The notes beneath the pieces were generated by a model. The model was not told the DNA's origin. It saw nothing but the letters and a program-made list of their open reading frames with translations, and did not search any database. From Desulfobacterales bacterium (lineage in GTDB: Bacteria > Desulfobacterota > Desulfobacteria > Desulfobacterales > UBA2174): a stretch of DNA of 64,000 nt. Location of the stretch: NCBI GenBank assembly GCA_963668645.2, contig CAXXWC010000003.1, forward strand, positions 128,001 to 192,000, written 5' to 3'. The translations under genes were made by a program, and so were the position numbers. Below, piece by piece: positions 51,801 to 63,987 of this stretch; the first letter of the stretch is position 1; each line of letters begins with the position of its first letter.

Positions 51801-54135
51801 GCGTGTGCGGGGAACGCTGCCGAGGACGGCAAGGACAAGATTGTGGTGCCGGTTCATCCCCGCGTGTGCGGGGAACGCTCGAAGCTGGATCCGACGATTT
51901 CGGCAAGTGCCGGTTCATCCCCGCGTGTGCGGGGAACGCCAAATCAGGACCAATCATATTGATACACGTGTCGGTTCATCCCCGCGTGTGCGGGGAACGC
52001 TTTGTTTCGGAGGCTTTGGTTTCGAGCTGCGTCGGTTCATCCCCGCGTGTGCGGGGAACGCTCCGTAACACCGCCAATGGCGGCCTTGCCGGCCGGTTCA
52101 TCCCCGCGTGTGCGGGGAACGCATGGTGTGCATGCCGCGTTCTAGGGTGGCGACCGGTTCATCCCCGCGTGTGCGGGGAACGCCAAAAGAGATTGAGCGC
52201 GGAGAGGTCGACGTACGGTTCATCCCCGCGTGTGCGGGGAACGCCAGATCTGGCTCTTGGATGCACGTGCGAGCAGCGGTTCATCCCCGCGTGTGCGGGG
52301 AACGCGGCTGACCATTAAGCTTATGCAGGGGATCAATCGGTTCATCCCCGCGTGTGCGGGGAACGCTCGCGTGCGCCTGGTCAACAACGTGGTGCCGGCG
52401 GTTCATCCCCGCGTGTGCGGGGAACGCTATTTGAATGGTGCTATCATTGATGCAGGTACCGGTTCATCCCCGCGTGTGCGGGGAACGCTGATGACCACCG
52501 GCGCGGAGTGGGTCCTGTTTCGGTTCATCCCCGCGTGTGCGGGGAACGCTTACGGATACCAAGACTGCCGTCAATATCGGGCGGTTCATCCCCGCGTGTG
52601 CGGGGAACGCTGGTAACTCCGAAATCTTGCATGGTATCCCTCCGGTTCATCCCCGCGTGTGCGGGGAACGCCGCCGGGAGGGACCGTGGACGGGGCTTTG
52701 GAGCGGTTCATCCCCGCGTGTGCGGGGAACGCTTTCAGAACGTTTATCAGGCGGTGGTTGCCGCCGGTTCATCCCCGCGTGTGCGGGGAACGCCGAGCTC
52801 GGCGTTGATTCGGTCGAGCACGTGACGGTTCATCCCCGCGTGTGCGGGGAACGCATGTCGATGCCTCCGGCCAGCGCCGTGCCGGCCGGTTCATCCCCGC
52901 GTGTGCGGGGAACGCAGATCGTCGCGCCGCCGATGATGCTGCAGGACCGGTTCATCCCCGCGTGTGCGGGGAACGCGGTGGCGTACCAGCTCGATGATTT
53001 TTCCATGCCGGTTCATCCCCGCGTGTGCGGGGAACGCCGCAGCACCTCGTCGGGCTCCATGCCCAGCTCCGGTTCATCCCCGCGTGTGCGGGGAACGCCC
53101 TCGACGCCATCGGAGCGATTCATGCAGCCGCGGTTCATCCCCGCGTGTGCGGGGAACGCGGATCGTGATCAAGCGCAGGCGCATGCGACTGCGGTTCATC
53201 CCCGCGTGTGCGGGGAACGCCTTGACCGTCCGCTGAAATTTAAGAAACCAAGCGGTTCATCCCCGCGTGTGCGGGGAACGCCCGGCGCCACCGGCGATTG
53301 TGGCCACTAATGCCGGTTCATCCCCGCGTGTGCGGGGAACGCCCTGAACGTGCCCGCGCAGCATCCATCCAACGCGGTTCATCCCCGCGTGTGCGGGGAA
53401 CGCCAGGTGTCCATGGGCTCTACCAAATATGGCGTCGGTTCATCCCCGCGTGTGCGGGGAACGCGATAAACATGATCGTGTTATTGTCCAGGAAAAAGGT
53501 TCATCCCCGCGTGTGCGGGGAACGCAACTCAATAAATACCGAATCCTGCTCACTGGCCGGTTCATCCCCGCGTGTGCGGGGAACGCGTTCCGTTCCGAGT
53601 TGTTCAAAGCGCGTGCTTAGGTTCATCCCCGCGTGTGCGGGGAACGCTAAAATCATGGCGTACGACGCTGCGCCACCACCGGTTCATCCCCGCGTGTGCG
53701 GGGAACGCGATCTTACATCGTGGCTGATCCTCTATGGGTACGGTTCATCCCCGCGTGTGCGGGGAACGCCCGGCCAGAAAAAACCTACCCGAGCGCGGCG
53801 CCGGTTCATCCCCGCGTGTGCGGGGAACGCAGAGAGTGTCTTGCCGATATGAGCTATGACAGCGGTTCATCCCCGCGTGTGCGGGGAACGCGAAACTCGT
53901 CAGCCGCCAGTACCGCGTGGCGGTGGTTCATCCCCGCGTGTGCGGGGAACGCCGATGCGCCGACACGGTGCCGCGTGTACGCGACGGTTCATCCCCGCGT
54001 GTGCGGGGAACGCTTGAATTCCCCGGAACTCAATCGAACACCCTTCGGTTCATCCCCGCGTGTGCGGGGAACGCAATTTATCCAATGAATGTATCGATTA
54101 AATATTCGGTTCATCCCCGCGTGTGCGGGGAACGC
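45809..54135 (-). CRISPR. Type I-E CRISPR array, 137 repeats of 29 nt and 136 spacers (almost all 32 nt)
   Basis: Plus-strand repeat CGGTTCATCCCCGCGTGTGCGGGGAACGC (minus: GCGTTCCCCGCACACGCGGGGATGAACCG); 61-nt period with two +1 shifts; count derived from the periodicity; mutated repeats cluster at the left (trailer) end. Confidence 0.98.
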
Positions 54136-54196
54136 ACTAATTCTATCGCTTCAAAATTATTAAATTTTCAAAGAGCTGAAAAAGTTACCGGCAAAA
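54136..54196 (-). promoter_or_regulatory. CRISPR leader
   Basis: AT-rich 61-nt stretch between the cas2 stop and the first repeat. Confidence 0.8.
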
Positions 54197-55417
<1,221 letters not shown>

Positions 55418-55421
<4 letters not shown>

Positions 55422-56262
55422 TCAATTTCCTTCGGCGCTTTGCAGCGCAAGCGCTTTTTGCCTTCCGGCGCTTCAAGGTAATTTTCGGGTGTAACGACCT
55501 TGGAGCCGGTCTCGATCTCCAGTTTTTCACGGGCATCTCCCGCGATTCGTCCCCCTTTGCGTGCTGCAATCATGTTTTCACCCACGCCCTGCGCATCCTG
55601 CTTTCGTGCAATTTCAGTGGTGGCCGCCTCGCCCAGCATGGAAAAAATCAGCTCCAGATCGGTCATGTGGTCGCGCAGGCTTTCCCTCTCCGGCCTTTCA
55701 GGTCCTTGTATTCGGACGGCGTCAGCCCGAAAGTGGCCTTTGAAATTTCGGCCGTCAGGATAGCGTATTCGGGCTCTTCCCCAACCCCTCGCTTCTTCCA
55801 CTCGTCGGTCAGTTCGGCCCGCACTGCAATCCCGCGCATGCGTTTTTCGATCCAGTCGTCGGAATAGCCCTTGGCCCGGTAGAGCGCCCGGGTGCGCTTG
55901 GAAGCCAACTCCGGGTCTTCTATCTCCTGGACCCTCTCGTAGCCTACCTTGGCCAGCCAGCGCTTGAACGGTTCGGCTCTATGCGAGGGGATGGACTGGA
56001 TGATGCGGAAAAGGCCCTCGGTGTTGGCACAGTTAGTCCTACGCAATTTCCCGTCAGGCGCCAGGAGTTCAAGGGGGGTACAAATTGTACCCCAGTTATT
56101 GCTCAACTCTGCATCGCGCCGCCTCATCTTCTTTATGTATTGCTTCGGATCGGCGCTATCCGCCAACACTTCCACTACATCGGTAACGGAAAACCACCAT
56201 TCATTATTATGCGACGCGGGCCGAATTTGTTTGCCTTTGAATACGACCAACTTGGTCTTCAT
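55418..56262 (-). pseudogene. Bro-N (phage antirepressor-like) protein, split by a 1-nt frameshift at about 55691
   Basis: N part WWFSVTDVV, APDGKLR.T, RIIQSIPS.RAEPFKRWLAKVGYER; C part SLRDHMTDLELIFSMLGE..TTEI in another frame; one added base gives a 281-aa ORF. Confidence 0.8.
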
Positions 56263-56332
56263 CAATCCCCCTGGCAAGTCACTTAAAACAGCCACCTGGC
56301 GCCACCCGTCCGGGGGCACCATCATAATGTGC

Positions 56333-57013
56333 TCAAGTTATGGGAACGACCGACATCAGGCCCAGGCCCATGGCCTTTCCGTGACCGATACCGAATTCCA
56401 GGGCATCATTGAACTTGCCTGCGTCGGTTACCGAGAGAAGGCCTTCATAAAGGACCGCGAAGAGCCGTATCGCGTTGCCGCCATGCTGCCTTCCCCGGAG
56501 CATCTGGTCTTGTGATATCCGCACGTCAATCCGCGTTAGCGAGGAACCTTGAAGATCAGCGCTTTCGGGGTCCCATCCTGGAAACCCAAATCCGTGCAGC
56601 CCGGCCTTACGCACAAGCCATGACATCTGCTCGTCGAACCGAAGCAGCCCGATGCGCTTTCCTTTGCGGCACACGCAGGGATTGGCGCGCAGTCTGAAAC
56701 GAAATTTCCGGCCGGCCGTGAGCAAATCCAACTTGAGCCGAATCCTCAGGTCAATGGGGGGATCGGCCCCTGCGAGCCAGCCTCTCACGCCGATCCCTTT
56801 CCAGTCGGGCCTCGAACGGCTCTGAACAAGAACCTGGGCAAAGCCGGATCGATCCGTTTCCGGTTCGATGCGCCACAGAAATTGGCCGCTTGGGCATTTG
56901 CGATCCGGGGGGTTGAATGCCCGGCAAAGCGTGGCATGCAACTGGTACGGGTCCGCCAGGTCGCGCCGGGCTTCCCGGCACCGCGGGTCAATGTGGATCC
57001 TGTTCAGGAACAT
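56333..57013 (-). CDS. cas6e: Type I-E Cas6e (Cse3/CasE)
   Basis: YQLHATL, FRFRLRANP, G-rich loop GIGHGKAMGLGL. Confidence 0.95.
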   Translation of the reverse strand: MFLNRIHIDPRCREARRDLADPYQLHATLCRAFNPPDRKCPSGQFLWRIEPETDRSGFAQVLVQSRSRPDWKGIGVRGWLAGADPPIDLRIRLKLDLLTAGRKFRFRLRANPCVCRKGKRIGLLRFDEQMSWLVRKAGLHGFGFPGWDPESADLQGSSLTRIDVRISQDQMLRGRQHGGNAIRLFAVLYEGLLSVTDAGKFNDALEFGIGHGKAMGLGLMSVVPIT

Positions 57014-57695
57014 CGGATACCTCCTGGGGAAAGGGGATCCACGCCGAACGCACGAACCGTGCGCCAAACCGCCGCTCGGAAAAGGACGACAGCGGCTGAT
57101 CCATTCTCAAAACGCCTGATCCGTCATCGGACTCGAACGAAATCAATAATTTCTCAGGTGCTTTTTCCCATTTGCGTTTTGTTGCGATCCATGGCCACCG
57201 CGTCAACACGTCCAGCGCGAACTCGTCCTTCAGGCCATCTTCCACCGCCACCGGTTCGGAGGGCACATAGGATTTGCGCCCCAGGGCCAACGGCCAGAAA
57301 GGATTTCTCAGTGCGGCGTCAAGGTTTTCGAGAAACGCGAGGTCATTTCCTTCCATGCTGACAAGAAAGGCCGCATCAGCGAGATAGTGGCGCTGCGAGA
57401 CCACACCGTCTTTTGAAAGGCTCCCATCCGCCTTGATGATCCTGTCTGTGGCCGCGCACCCTGCCGTCTGGTAATCCCGCTTGGGAATCCCCGGCCGGTC
57501 ATGGCGCACCGCCATCTTCAATTGCGCGATCGGTTCCAGATTTTTCCAATTGTCCCGGTCGATTCCCGAGGCAGCAGCCAAAAGCCCGACGACACCCGAC
57601 TTGCTTGGTTCTTTGCCGGTATCGCGCTGGTCGAATCGGCTGGTGGTTCCCCAGGATTGCATTGGGCCCGCCAGGCGAAGCAGCAATGTGGGCAT
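56988..57695 (-). CDS. cas5: Type I-E Cas5 (CasD)
   Basis: LLLRLAGPMQSWG, PSKSGVVGLLAAA, YLADA, LGRKS. Confidence 0.96.
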   Translation of the reverse strand: MPTLLLRLAGPMQSWGTTSRFDQRDTGKEPSKSGVVGLLAAASGIDRDNWKNLEPIAQLKMAVRHDRPGIPKRDYQTAGCAATDRIIKADGSLSKDGVVSQRHYLADAAFLVSMEGNDLAFLENLDAALRNPFWPLALGRKSYVPSEPVAVEDGLKDEFALDVLTRWPWIATKRKWEKAPEKLLISFESDDGSGVLRMDQPLSSFSERRFGARFVRSAWIPFPQEVSDVPEQDPH

Positions 57696-57698
57696 GGC

Positions 57699-58862
57699 TC
57701 ACTCCTTTGCCGCTTGCACCGCGTTTTCCAGCAGCGCATCCAGGGTAGTCTCAACCTTGGCTCCCGATCCATCGATCTGCGCGTCCGCGAGATTCAAGAT
57801 GAACGTCTGCCCGGCGCCCCCGTAGGCGGCCTGGAGCGCCTTGGCTTTTCGGGCGAGCAATTCGGCCGATTTTCTGGTGATGGACTCATCTTTTCCTACG
57901 CGCACTGAGATCTCGAAGGCATTGGCGAGACTTCGCGGTGCCGTATCGCGGCGCACGGCGATAGCTACGAATTCTGGTGGATTGTGGGCCGCAAAGGTGT
58001 TCTGTTTGCCGGTCGGCTCGGCGACCACGAAGGCCTCCAGAAAGGCCTTCAGCCCTTTTTCTGCGAGATCGGTGTCGCCTTGAAGGTTCCCGACGAGCTT
58101 TTCCCAGTCCACGAGCGCATACCGATAGAAACAGGCCGAATTGAACTCGACAGTTCCCATCATGTCCGCGCCGGCAGTGTCTTCCGGCTTGAGATCGTCC
58201 ACGGCGGTATAGAAATCGAATTCACGCTCGACGGCATGGGTCGATATTGCGTGAGCCACCTGGCAAGCGGCATCCTGGTTCTTTTCCGGCATGTCGGCCA
58301 GCATGCGTCCGAAAAAAGCCACATCGACCGCTTTGACGCCGTCAAGGACCTTGTCGAGGGCTACCTTTAATTCTGGGTCGGCGTCCTGGGCGGCCTTTTT
58401 CTTGGCCTTGCCGGCCTTCTTCCCTTCCACCGACGCCGCCTCACCAGAAACGATACGATCCCAGCGCTTGTCGATGATATCGGCGATTTTCGATATCTCG
58501 CGTCGTCCGACAAACAACAGGTACTCGGTTTTCCCGTCATCCTTTACCGCAAACCCCATGGTTTCCAATGCCGTCTGCGCTTTTCCAGTCGCTTCATCCA
58601 CGTTGCGTCCTTTTTCTGCCAGGGCCGCGGCCAGAGGCTGCAAAAGGCGCTTGGTCCGAACGGCGATATCTTCAGATGACAATGCGTTCTTTTTTACCAA
58701 TCCATTGAAGTGCTGCCTTACCGCCCGCTTGAAACATTGGCTGGAGACACGGGCGCGGCGGGTGCCGCCGAACAGGGCGTCCTTGGGCGCGCCGGTGTCA
58801 TCCCGGTTCAGGTTGGACGGGGCAAAGTTTTGCAGCGCGTGAATCTCTACGATGGTTTTCAT
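57699..58862 (-). CDS. cas7: Type I-E Cas7 (Cse4/CasC)
   Basis: [48 protein letters not shown]. Confidence 0.97.
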   Translation of the reverse strand: MKTIVEIHALQNFAPSNLNRDDTGAPKDALFGGTRRARVSSQCFKRAVRQHFNGLVKKNALSSEDIAVRTKRLLQPLAAALAEKGRNVDEATGKAQTALETMGFAVKDDGKTEYLLFVGRREISKIADIIDKRWDRIVSGEAASVEGKKAGKAKKKAAQDADPELKVALDKVLDGVKAVDVAFFGRMLADMPEKNQDAACQVAHAISTHAVEREFDFYTAVDDLKPEDTAGADMMGTVEFNSACFYRYALVDWEKLVGNLQGDTDLAEKGLKAFLEAFVVAEPTGKQNTFAAHNPPEFVAIAVRRDTAPRSLANAFEISVRVGKDESITRKSAELLARKAKALQAAYGGAGQTFILNLADAQIDGSGAKVETTLDALLENAVQAAKE

Positions 58863-59374
58863 TCGGCGACCTCCTGGTTGGTTAAACCGTTCGATATCGT
58901 ACCGGATTGGGATCGATAGTAGTCTCGCGCCCAGGCGTTCTGGGTGCGTTTCTGATCGTCGTTCCAGTACAGCAGACCCTTCAAGACGGATTCAAAGTCT
59001 ATGGGCTGGTCCTTGAGCAGCGCGACCATCTGGCGCAGCCTGTGGGGCAACTGGTCTGCGTCGGAATCCAGCAGGTTGATAAAACGCCTCTCGACACTCG
59101 TCGAGCCGCTTGCCGATTGAAACGCCGCGCAGGCTCTGCCGAGCGGCAGCGAAGGTTCCCGTTGTCCCTCTCTCCAGTGCCCGGCCCAAAGACCGGCCAC
59201 GAGGTAGTGGACCTTGCGCCGCCACGCCGTTTCCGCATCCTTCACGAAGGGTTCCACGTAAGGAAAGGCAGGCACGAATTGTCCCGGGTCGAACGCCAGG
59301 CTCTGGCGCAGGACTGCGCGCACCTTGGTGTCTTTTTCGTTCAAACGCTCAAGCCATTCGATATAACCGCTCAT
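58859..59374 (-). CDS. cse2: Type I-E small subunit Cse2 (CasB/Cas11)
   Basis: [30 protein letters not shown]; position between cas8e and cas7. Confidence 0.93.
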   Translation of the reverse strand: MSGYIEWLERLNEKDTKVRAVLRQSLAFDPGQFVPAFPYVEPFVKDAETAWRRKVHYLVAGLWAGHWREGQREPSLPLGRACAAFQSASGSTSVERRFINLLDSDADQLPHRLRQMVALLKDQPIDFESVLKGLLYWNDDQKRTQNAWARDYYRSQSGTISNGLTNQEVAE

Positions 59375-60912
59375 TCCCCCTCCTTGTTCGGTTCGAGCTT
59401 CATAATCTCGTTACTCAGCACGTTCAGTTTGTCCCGCACTGGTTTTTCGGCTTTCACCAGAGCGCGTATAGCCCACGCATCCCCCATGGCGACCGAGGCG
59501 CTGTGCTTCTCCCAGGCTTTGCGCAATGCTCCGCGCACCGATTCGAGCCATTGGCGCCGGATATCATTCTCGTCTCGATCCAGACTGTAGTCTCGCAAAA
59601 TTTCATGGAAATGGGATTCCATCGCGGACCAATACCAGGCGATCGCAGGCATCTGCTCCACAAAGTTTTTGACATCCTTCGCTGCCGGTTCACGTCCTCC
59701 ACGGCCCAACAGTTGCCGTGCAAATGTACGACAGGCCTGCCAAAGAGCACTTTGAGCATCTTCGGCGTCGGATAGAAGCTGATGGATTTCCGTACGGATA
59801 AAACGGTCGGTGCCCAACGCTTCGGGTAAGGCGAATCGTTCCATCCGCCAATACTTGATCTTTGCCTTGTCGTTGGCCTGACCGAGGACAATTACCGACT
59901 TGGGAAATCGCCCCCGATCTGCTCGGGTTAAAATCGTTGCATGCTCGATAACACGCGGTGCCAGGCGCGATTCATCCGGCAACAAGGAATCGAAGTCACG
60001 CCAAAGCCCTCGATCACGGAACTGGACCGGCAATTTTCCTCTTTTTTCGTCGATCCGGTAACCGAGCATGGGATCGACATATCCTTCCAAGGAGCACCCA
60101 ATACCGGACGCGAAAGTCAGTTCCGCAATCGAAGCGTCGCCCCCCTGCGGATTGAATTTGATGGATCTCGTCCTCCAAGTATATAGATCCGACCGTCCCA
60201 AAACGGCTCTTTCTATGCCTTTTTGGAGAGATGCGAGAGAGTCCGGCGCTCTTTCCCAAACAGGAACGTCTGTTTTGAGTATTTCCCGGTTTTCAGGAAC
60301 CAATGAAAAAAGAAGAGTGTCTTGAAGGGTTATGCCCAATGGAAGCGCCATTGCCGTAGCGGCTGAAGGCCCGCTCTTGGTATATTGGAAATCGCTTCTG
60401 CCACCGCCCAGCGCAAATGTTTGAGAAGCGATCAGCCAGCGAACCGCCTTCTTGGCGGGGATCGATCCTGCCTGCCGAATGTCGAGGTGATCGAAAAGGA
60501 CCTTGGCATTGTCGGCATTGTGCTCTGCAGCGATTGCCGCCCATGAACGCCACCGCTTCTTACCGCCTTTTTCTTTTGGCTCATAATCCGGAATCTGAAA
60601 AAAGGGATATTCTTCGTCAAACAACCAGAACCGGCTCCGCCATTTCTCCAGATAATCGGCGATCCGCTCGTCGGGCAGACCGCTTTTGAACAAAGCCTTG
60701 GCCTGGTCGATGCCGGTCGGCCCTTCCAGCGCACGGTAAAGCACCGCCAGCAGGAAACGATGCAAGGCGGCGACCACCAGGGGCGATGGATCCTCGATGG
60801 CGGAAATCTCCAAGGCGCGGCGCAGCGTGTCGCGGATGCCCAGTTCGTCGCGGGATCCGTCTGGAAACCGCACCGGAATCCATTTCTCGTCGATCAGGTT
60901 GAATCGGCTCAT
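59371..60912 (-). CDS. cse1: Type I-E large subunit Cse1 (CasA/Cas8e)
   Basis: FNLIDEKWIPV, ALHRFLLAVL, FWLFDEEYPFFQ, LFDH, LWRDFDSLL. Confidence 0.93.
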   Translation of the reverse strand: MSRFNLIDEKWIPVRFPDGSRDELGIRDTLRRALEISAIEDPSPLVVAALHRFLLAVLYRALEGPTGIDQAKALFKSGLPDERIADYLEKWRSRFWLFDEEYPFFQIPDYEPKEKGGKKRWRSWAAIAAEHNADNAKVLFDHLDIRQAGSIPAKKAVRWLIASQTFALGGGRSDFQYTKSGPSAATAMALPLGITLQDTLLFSLVPENREILKTDVPVWERAPDSLASLQKGIERAVLGRSDLYTWRTRSIKFNPQGGDASIAELTFASGIGCSLEGYVDPMLGYRIDEKRGKLPVQFRDRGLWRDFDSLLPDESRLAPRVIEHATILTRADRGRFPKSVIVLGQANDKAKIKYWRMERFALPEALGTDRFIRTEIHQLLSDAEDAQSALWQACRTFARQLLGRGGREPAAKDVKNFVEQMPAIAWYWSAMESHFHEILRDYSLDRDENDIRRQWLESVRGALRKAWEKHSASVAMGDAWAIRALVKAEKPVRDKLNVLSNEIMKLEPNKEGE

Positions 60913-63608
60913 TCGGCCTCCTTTGGTTCAAACACCAACCCCAGGTCTTCATCCAGGCGCACGGACGGATCTTCCACCCACTGGCCGTCCGGTCTCAGCA
61001 CGAGCGCAAAGCAGTTGCGCAACAACGACGATTCCCGCCATCCTTCCGGAATTCCCTGGGTTTTGAGTCTTGCGACGACGCCTTTGCGCGACAGGCTCAC
61101 GGCCCGCTGGAACCATCGCTTGGCCGTTGCGAAATCCGGCGCGTCGGCCGGCTGGAATCCATCGGCCGCAAACAGGGGAATAGCCACCACGGAATCCTCA
61201 CCGAACCGGGTTCGGGCCATGAGGGTTCGATGCACGCCCGGGGCATCCTCGTCGTAAAGCACGAACCTTGCCGGATCATTCCAAGACCCATCGTCCGGAA
61301 AGCCCACGATCGCATGGTGGGCCATCGCCTGGAATGCGAGGGCGTCGCCATCTGCCTTGATCCGGGCGCTTTCCAGTCGTTCCTGCAAGGCTTCGGTGAC
61401 CTCCACCTCGTCTTCGTACACGGCCTGAACCAAGGGGTCGATCTCGTCCGGCAGTGTCAGGGTCGGCCGGTCTTTCAGCAGGCTCCAGGTGCGCAAGAGC
61501 AGATCTTCGCGATAAACGGAATCCCACCACAACGGCTTTCCGAAGGATGGCGGCACTTCGCTATCGAGTCCTGAAACCATCAGAATCGGTTCGGCCACGG
61601 GCCTCGAATCCGCAGCATGCCGCCACAAGCGCCCGGCCCTTTGAAGAACGAGGTCGATGGGCGCCAGATCGGTCACCATGATGTCGAAATCGAGATCAAG
61701 GCTCTGCTCGGCGACCTGGGTGGCGATGAGGATCTTGCGGCCGGACCGAACGCTATCCTTGCCGAACGCCGCGAGCGCATGGTCCTCCCGAACCTGCCTC
61801 CAGGAGGCCGGAAAGCGCGCATGGAAGAGGAACACCTCCGTGCCGTCCTCAAGGCGCTTGCCGACTCGGCGGTTCTGGCACACCACAGGCTCGCCCTCGG
61901 GAGACAGCCGGTAGAGGTCCTGGGCGCGCTGCACCGTGTTGACCAGGGCCAGCCCCGTGCCACCTCCGGCAAGATGGGCCTCAAGGCTGGCACGGATAAC
62001 CGATAAATCGGACGGGATGCCGACGAGCCGCAGCACCCGGCGGCGTTTCGGGTCCGCCTCGAAGTGCGTTTGCGCCACGCCCTCTTGATTGAAAACCGTC
62101 AGACGCGGATACCCCGGTTCTCGCTCCAGCTTCTCCGCACCCACCACCGCCGCCAACTTCCGACGGATCGATGGCGACAAGGTGGCCGAAAGGAGCACCA
62201 CCGAAGAGCCAAGCGCCAGAAGCCATCGCAGCAGGTGGACCAGCAGGGTGCCGGTGTAGGCGTCGTAGGCGTGGATTTCGTCCAGCACCACGACCCGGTT
62301 GGCAAGTCCCCACAGGCGGACGAAGTTGTGGCGAACCGGCAGGATCGGCAACAGCGCCTGATCCACGGTCCCGACCCCGTATTCCGAGAGCAACGCCCGC
62401 TTCTTGTGGGTGAACCATTCGCCGGCGCGGATTTCGCCCCCCGATTCAGGGTCGTGTATCCCCGTTAAGCGCAAATCCTGAAAGCTGTCGTTGAGCAACG
62501 CCCCACCGTGCAATAGCTGCAAGTCCAGCGATCGGTCGGAGATCTGGCCCGTCAGGAAATCGCGCGTCCGGGCGAACATTGCATTTCCGGTGGCCTTGGT
62601 CGGCAGCGCCACGTAGAGGCCGCGATGGCCGAAACGGCGTTGCAGCTCCAGGTACGCGTAAAAAGCGGCCTCGGTCTTTCCTTCGCCCATGGGTGCTTCC
62701 ACCAGCAGGATGGCCGGCGCCGGCACTTTTGTTACTATGTTTTCCACAGCCTGCTGAAGAGTACGAGGCCTAAGGCCGAAAACCGATTCAAACGACTCCG
62801 CTTCTTTAGAAAGCGGATCCCTTCTCTGCCAACCGAGGCTGTCCAGGGCATGATCAGCAAACATCCTGCGCTTTGCAAACCAGGCTTTCAGGTCAACACA
62901 ATCTTCTACGGTTCCAAACGGGAACCAATCGACGTTTGAGCCAATCCAGTCGGCAAAGCTGGTCAGACCGGCCAACAGCATAAAATCCTGCCCTGAAAGG
63001 TTCTGTGTTTCAGGTAGAATTCCTGTGCCTAAAACTTCAAATACGGACTCCATGATGTCGCGCCGGGCATCGTTCCATTCCTTTTTTCCAATGGCGCGTT
63101 GATCTCCACTTAATCTATCCAGAACTGTCGGGTTAGCTCTCTCGCCATGGTGGCAACCAACCGCATCCGCGGCCGACTCCGCCAGATCCTCGGACCAGCC
63201 TTTCTCCACAAGAAATTCTGTCAAAGCGATCTGGCTGACAAAGGCATGATTGATATTGGTGTTCGGACTTCTGGGAAGCTCCAAGCCGGTACCGCTGGAA
63301 AGCCATCCGAGCCACTTGCACTGGAACCCCGGGCAGGCTTTGCCCAAATCATGGCATGCGGATAGGCTTAAAATCCAAGACCGTGCCATAACCCATTTCA
63401 TACCCAAAATCCCAGAGATCAAATTCCTTGTTGTCTCCGGCTCTCTTGCCAATATTGCATCCGTACAGGCAGCCACATCCAGAAGATGAAGAATAAGAGG
63501 ATGCCATTTTGCTTCCCCACTGCTCTCTGTTTTAGCCCAGAGGCAAGCCAAACGCTTTTCCACCGTTTCCCCCCCTCGATCCTTCAGTATTCTGTCATAA
63601 CGTAGCAT
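60909..63608 (-). CDS. cas3: Cas3 HD nuclease-helicase
   Basis: WAK, HLLDV, HDLGK, HHG, ADWIGS, APMGEGKT, DEIH, SAT, QRAGRLWRH; alternative GTG start at 63563. Confidence 0.96.
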   Translation of the reverse strand: MLRYDRILKDRGGETVEKRLACLWAKTESSGEAKWHPLILHLLDVAACTDAILAREPETTRNLISGILGMKWVMARSWILSLSACHDLGKACPGFQCKWLGWLSSGTGLELPRSPNTNINHAFVSQIALTEFLVEKGWSEDLAESAADAVGCHHGERANPTVLDRLSGDQRAIGKKEWNDARRDIMESVFEVLGTGILPETQNLSGQDFMLLAGLTSFADWIGSNVDWFPFGTVEDCVDLKAWFAKRRMFADHALDSLGWQRRDPLSKEAESFESVFGLRPRTLQQAVENIVTKVPAPAILLVEAPMGEGKTEAAFYAYLELQRRFGHRGLYVALPTKATGNAMFARTRDFLTGQISDRSLDLQLLHGGALLNDSFQDLRLTGIHDPESGGEIRAGEWFTHKKRALLSEYGVGTVDQALLPILPVRHNFVRLWGLANRVVVLDEIHAYDAYTGTLLVHLLRWLLALGSSVVLLSATLSPSIRRKLAAVVGAEKLEREPGYPRLTVFNQEGVAQTHFEADPKRRRVLRLVGIPSDLSVIRASLEAHLAGGGTGLALVNTVQRAQDLYRLSPEGEPVVCQNRRVGKRLEDGTEVFLFHARFPASWRQVREDHALAAFGKDSVRSGRKILIATQVAEQSLDLDFDIMVTDLAPIDLVLQRAGRLWRHAADSRPVAEPILMVSGLDSEVPPSFGKPLWWDSVYREDLLLRTWSLLKDRPTLTLPDEIDPLVQAVYEDEVEVTEALQERLESARIKADGDALAFQAMAHHAIVGFPDDGSWNDPARFVLYDEDAPGVHRTLMARTRFGEDSVVAIPLFAADGFQPADAPDFATAKRWFQRAVSLSRKGVVARLKTQGIPEGWRESSLLRNCFALVLRPDGQWVEDPSVRLDEDLGLVFEPKEAE

Positions 63609-63987
63609 TCCGGTCCGAAATTTTTAGCCAAATTTTCCCCACAGCCCGTGCATCGTCCAGAGCCCGATGCAGCCGCAACGCCTCGGTCTCCCCAGGAACC
63701 AGATAGAGGTCGCCGCCGATAAATTGACGAAAGTAATCAAAGACCAGCACCGGTTCGGGCTGGCCGGCGAACATCGCCTCGCTGATACCGTGGACCTGCC
63801 TTGCACCGGGTGTAACTTTCCGGCCGCAGTCGATCATGCTGTGAAACGCCTCACCCGGACCGGCGCCGGATATGCGCACCGTGGCGATTTCGATCACCCG
63901 GTGCCCGCGTGCCGGCGACATGCCGGTGGTTTTCAGGTCCACCGCCCCGGCTGGTTTCAGTTTTCTTTTGCCCAATTCACACCTCAT
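63595..63987 (-). pseudogene. Degenerate DEDDh (DnaQ-like) 3'-5' exonuclease
   Basis: ExoI-like DLKTTG..RVIEIA, VHGI and ExoIII HRALDDA present; ExoII (HNxxFD) region absent; true start uncertain near the window edge. Confidence 0.6.

Noticed and set aside
52977..53008. Possible self-targeting: the spacer's reverse complement starts GCATGGAAAAA, also present in the Bro-N gene near 55636
   Set aside because: Only about 11-14 nt match; the rest diverges, compatible with chance.
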